64,000 bases of DNA, from the NCBI GenBank assembly GCA_039201605.1, contig JBCCRO010000005.1:128489-192488 (forward strand). Reading direction: 5' to 3'. Made by a program: the position numbers and the translations under genes. The stretch is from Actinomycetota bacterium (GTDB lineage Bacteria; Actinomycetota; Acidimicrobiia; Acidimicrobiales; SZUA-35). The notes under the pieces were generated by a model, which made no database searches, was not told where the DNA came from, and saw nothing but the letters and a program-made list of their open reading frames with translations. Shown here in pieces: positions 60,919-64,000 of the stretch (position 1 is its first letter; the number at the start of each line of letters is the position of its first letter).

Positions 60919-62328
60919 TCAGGCCCGAGCCCGGTACGAGGCCCGACCGCCGACGCTGTCCTTGTTGAGACGCTTCGACAGGTGGAGACCCTCGAGGATG
61001 AGCTCGACGGCCGATGCCTGGACGGCGGGCGAGTCGTCGTCGCCGCACAGGGCGGCCACCGGGGCGGCCAGTGCGGTGTTGGCGGCCACCAGATCGACGT
61101 AGGCCGAGATCGGCAGATCGTCGCCCGCGCTCATCGTCAGGTCCTCTTCGAAGGCGTCGAGCACCTGACGGACGCTCTCGGGCGAGCAGTGCTCCTTGAA
61201 CACCGTGAGCACCGCCCCCCGGAGGAGATGGTCGATCACCTCGCCGTCACGGCCCTCCTCCAGCGACTCGACCTCGATCTTGCCCGCAGTGGAGGAGATC
61301 AGGGCGTCGAGGTCACTCACCCGGGGCACGACGTCCGTCTCGCCCAGGCGCAGGGCCCGCCGGGTGGCGGCGGCGACCAGGGTCTCCAGGTTGGCCACGG
61401 TGAGGCGGACCGACACGCCGGAGCGCTGGTTGATCTTGGGGCTGGAGCGCGCCAGGTGGGTGAACTGGGCCACCAGCTCCTCCATGAACCACGGCACCGT
61501 CACCGTCAGCTCGTCGGAGGTGGGGAGGAGGTGGGACTCCTGGCGGGCGATCTCGACCTCGGTCGACACCTCGAGCGGATAGTGGGTGCGGATCTGGGCC
61601 CCGAAGCGATCCTTCAGCGGGGTGATCATGCGGCCGCGATTGGTGTAGTCCTCCGGGTTGGCCGAGGCGACCAGCAGCACGTCGAGGGGCAGTCGGATCT
61701 TGTAGCCCCGGATCTGGACGTCGCGCTCCTCCAGCACGTTGAGCAGGCCGACCTGGATCCGCTCGGCCAGATCCGGCAGCTCGTTGATGGCGAAGATGCC
61801 CCGGTTGGTACGGGGGACCAGGCCGTAGTGAAGGGTGAGCTCGTCGGAGAGGTAGCGGCCCTCGGCCACCTTGATCGGGTCGACCTCGCCGATCAGGTCG
61901 GCGATCGAGGTGTCGGGGGTGGCGAGCTTCTCGCCGAAGCGGTCATCGCGGTGGACCCAGGCGATCGGGGCGGCGTCGCCGTGCTCGGCCACCTGCTCCT
62001 TGGCGTGGGCCGACACCGGGTTGTAGGGGTCGTCGTTGATCTCGGAGCCGGCGATGATCGGCATCCACTCGTCGAGGAGGCCGGTGAGCGACCGGATCAT
62101 GCGGGTCTTGGCCTGGCCCCGCTCGCCGAGGAACACCACATCGTGGCCGGCGAGGACGGCGTGTTCGAGCTGAGGGAGGACCGTGTCCTCGTAGCCGAGC
62201 ACCCCGGGGAACAACTGCTGACCGGAGCGGATCCTCGCCACCGCATTCTGTCGCAGTTCTTCCTTGACGCTGCGAGAGACCCAATTCGACTCGCGTAGCG
62301 CACCCAACGTGTCCGGACGATCAACCAC
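60919..62328 (-). CDS. ChlI/BchI-like (MoxR-related) AAA+ ATPase
   Basis: Walker A VVFLGERGQAKT, Walker B GIFAINELPDL, sensor region LVASANPEDYTNRGRMITPLKDRF. GTG start. Confidence 0.9.
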   Translation of the reverse strand: MVDRPDTLGALRESNWVSRSVKEELRQNAVARIRSGQQLFPGVLGYEDTVLPQLEHAVLAGHDVVFLGERGQAKTRMIRSLTGLLDEWMPIIAGSEINDDPYNPVSAHAKEQVAEHGDAAPIAWVHRDDRFGEKLATPDTSIADLIGEVDPIKVAEGRYLSDELTLHYGLVPRTNRGIFAINELPDLAERIQVGLLNVLEERDVQIRGYKIRLPLDVLLVASANPEDYTNRGRMITPLKDRFGAQIRTHYPLEVSTEVEIARQESHLLPTSDELTVTVPWFMEELVAQFTHLARSSPKINQRSGVSVRLTVANLETLVAAATRRALRLGETDVVPRVSDLDALISSTAGKIEVESLEEGRDGEVIDHLLRGAVLTVFKEHCSPESVRQVLDAFEEDLTMSAGDDLPISAYVDLVAANTALAAPVAALCGDDDSPAVQASAVELILEGLHLSKRLNKDSVGGRASYRARA

Positions 62329-62452
62329 GATCGAACCCTAGTCCCGCGCCCGCGTCAGCGCTCCATCGGCTCCGGCGGTGGGACCCGACCTACACTTGGG
62401 GGCAGTGCCGTTCAACGCCCCAACCAGTCGCGACCTGTCGGGTTCGTGGTCC

Positions 62453-64000
62453 GTGGCCCCGAGTTCAGCCGAACTCGAACGCGATGGCGCCGATCCCGAC
62501 CTCGACGACGACGGCTGGCTCCAGCTTCCCGTGCCCGGCCACTGGGCGCAGTATCCGGAGTGGGCCGACGAGCCGGGCCCCGTCGTCTACCGCCACCGCT
62601 TCGCCCATCGGGCCGACGACGAGGCCGACGACGGCTCCCGACGGTGGCTGCGACTCGACGGCGTGCTGGCCGAGGCCGAGGTGTGGTTGGACGGCCGCCA
62701 CCTCGGAGACAGCAGCACCTACTTCGCCCCCCACCGCTTCGAGGTCACCGACCTGTTGGCCGCCGCCGGTCCCCGACGCGACGGCGATCACCTGGTCGCC
62801 CTCACCGTCACCTGCGGCGACGGCGCCGAGACCGAGGGCAAGCCCCAGCGATCGCTGATCGGTTCGTTCCAGTCCGGCCCTCTGGCCCCGCCGGGCAACG
62901 TCGGCGGCGTGTGGGGCCCGGTCGGCATCGACACCACCGGGCCGGTCGCCATCACCCAGGCCCGGCTGCTGTGCACCGCCGCCGACGAGGAGCAGGCCAC
63001 GCTCGCCTTCCACGTCACGGTCGACACCGTCGAAGCCGGGCCGGTCCGCATCGACACCTCGATCACGGGGCCCTACGGCCGCACCGCCGGTGGCGCCGCC
63101 GAACACGAGCTGGCCTCGGGCGAGAACATCCTCGAGTGGACGGTCGACATCGCCGAGCCCCAGCTGTGGTGGCCGGCGTCGCTGGGCGAGCAGCCCCGCT
63201 ACGACGTGACCGTGGCGGTGCGGGCCGACGGCGCCACCGTGTCGGATCGCCGCAGCTGGCGGACCGGCCTGCGGACGGTCGAGGTCGACGATCTGCAGTG
63301 GCGGGTCAACGGTCGACGGCTGTTCACCAAAGGGGTCGCCGTCGGGCCCCACGGCCGGTTCCCGGCCTCGATCGACGGCCTCCAGTACCGCAAGGACGTC
63401 CGAGCGGTGGCCGACGCCGGCCTCGACCTGATCCGGGTGCACGGCCACATCAGTCGCCACGAGCTCTATGACGAGGCCGACGCCCGCGGCGTGTTGATCT
63501 GGCAGGATCTCCCCCTCGTCGGCACCTACACCGCCGGGACCCGGGCCCGGGTGTCGCCGACGGTGTCGGCCGCCGTCGACCTCCTCGGCCACCACCCGTC
63601 GGTGTCGCTGTGGTGCGGCCACGACGAACCCAACGGCCCGCCGGTGCCCCTGCCCGACGTCGAGCGGGAAGGCGTCACCCACCGGGCGGCGCGACTCGGC
63701 CGCCACCTGCTGCCCAGCTGGAACCGCTCGGTGCTCGACCCCGGCATCCGCCGGGCGCTGCGCTCGACCGACCCCACCCGGGCCGTCATCACCCGGTCGG
63801 GCAACCTGCCGAACCCGGTCGACTTCACCAGCTCGGACGCTCACCTCTGGCTCGGCTGGCGCAGCGGTCAGGCCGAGGATCTGGCCCGCGTCATCCGCAG
63901 TTGGCCCCGGCTCGGTTCCTTCATCGGCGCCATCGGGGCCCAATCGGTGGTGGTGCGCGAGTGGCCGGCCAACGCCCCGGACTGGCCGACGGCCCAGCAG
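62453..64000 (+). CDS. glycoside hydrolase family 2-like protein, partial (C-terminus beyond right edge)
   Basis: Hand translation of the frame containing 62471: ELERDGADPDLDDDGWLQLPVPGHWAQYPEW...RRWLRLDGVLAEAEVWLDGRHLGDSSTYFAPHRFEVTD...WRVNGRRLFTKGV...DAGLDLIRVHGHISRHELYDEADARGVLIWQDLPL...SLWCGHDEPNG. Open to position 64000. Start uncertain (GTG at 62453, 62405 or 62378). Not in the track because it is open-ended. Confidence 0.75.
   Translation, partial: MAPSSAELERDGADPDLDDDGWLQLPVPGHWAQYPEWADEPGPVVYRHRFAHRADDEADDGSRRWLRLDGVLAEAEVWLDGRHLGDSSTYFAPHRFEVTDLLAAAGPRRDGDHLVALTVTCGDGAETEGKPQRSLIGSFQSGPLAPPGNVGGVWGPVGIDTTGPVAITQARLLCTAADEEQATLAFHVTVDTVEAGPVRIDTSITGPYGRTAGGAAEHELASGENILEWTVDIAEPQLWWPASLGEQPRYDVTVAVRADGATVSDRRSWRTGLRTVEVDDLQWRVNGRRLFTKGVAVGPHGRFPASIDGLQYRKDVRAVADAGLDLIRVHGHISRHELYDEADARGVLIWQDLPLVGTYTAGTRARVSPTVSAAVDLLGHHPSVSLWCGHDEPNGPPVPLPDVEREGVTHRAARLGRHLLPSWNRSVLDPGIRRALRSTDPTRAVITRSGNLPNPVDFTSSDAHLWLGWRSGQAEDLARVIRSWPRLGSFIGAIGAQSVVVREWPANAPDWPTAQQ

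Noticed and set aside
62465-63943. 492-aa minus-strand ORF at the right edge
   Set aside because: The plus strand in another frame gives a clean GH2-like sequence with conserved blocks, open to the window edge. The minus ORF is its shadow.

Overview
Very GC-rich, GC3-biased chromosomal segment of actinobacterial type: two WhiB genes, UPF0182, SenX3/RegX3-like and SARP-type regulators. I support about 60 protein genes, one initiator tRNA-Met, several hairpins and several operator-like sites. I found no rRNA, CRISPR array, transposase or integrase. Many long ORFs in the supplied track are antisense or shadow ORFs typical of high-GC DNA, and I reject them. Several real genes needed shorter starts than the track gives. 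Four genes are missing from the track: tatA, a 34-codon ORF, and two genes that run off the window edges. Main blocks follow. (1) 0.3-7.5 kb holds small redox and membrane genes. (2) 7.6-13.6 kb is a metal-homeostasis island: COG0523 GTPase overlapping a WD40 protein, a Fur-family regulator, and a FecCD-type ABC importer plus a Cys-rich ferredoxin-like protein. Two operator-like AT-rich palindromes in this island share an identical 10-mer. (3) 14.1 kb carries tRNA-fMet. (4) 14.6-19.2 kb is the most unusual locus. A 1258-aa SARP-BTAD-AAA-TPR regulator with an extra C-terminal HTH is followed on the same strand by an AT-richer spacer, then an unlisted 34-codon ORF with an RBS, a signal-peptide-like sequence and a downstream hairpin. 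The arrangement resembles regulator-plus-propeptide (RRNPP-like) signalling cassettes, which I flag as a hypothesis. (5) 19-34 kb holds msrA, UPF0182, DivIVA-domain, PDZ/Lon, moaE and other envelope or housekeeping genes. (6) 34-45.8 kb is a contiguous phosphate supercluster: pstSCAB-phoU-phoU-senX3-regX3, a PPK1 fused to a Nudix domain, and a ROK kinase. (7) 46-51.4 kb holds whiB, ECF sigma/anti-sigma, tatA, a second whiB and a NarL-type two-component operon. (8) 51.6-62.3 kb holds a VWA protein and its usual AAA partner separated by about 7 kb of unrelated genes, including an ECF sigma with an internally duplicated anti-sigma. (9) A partial GH2 glycosidase lies at the right edge.
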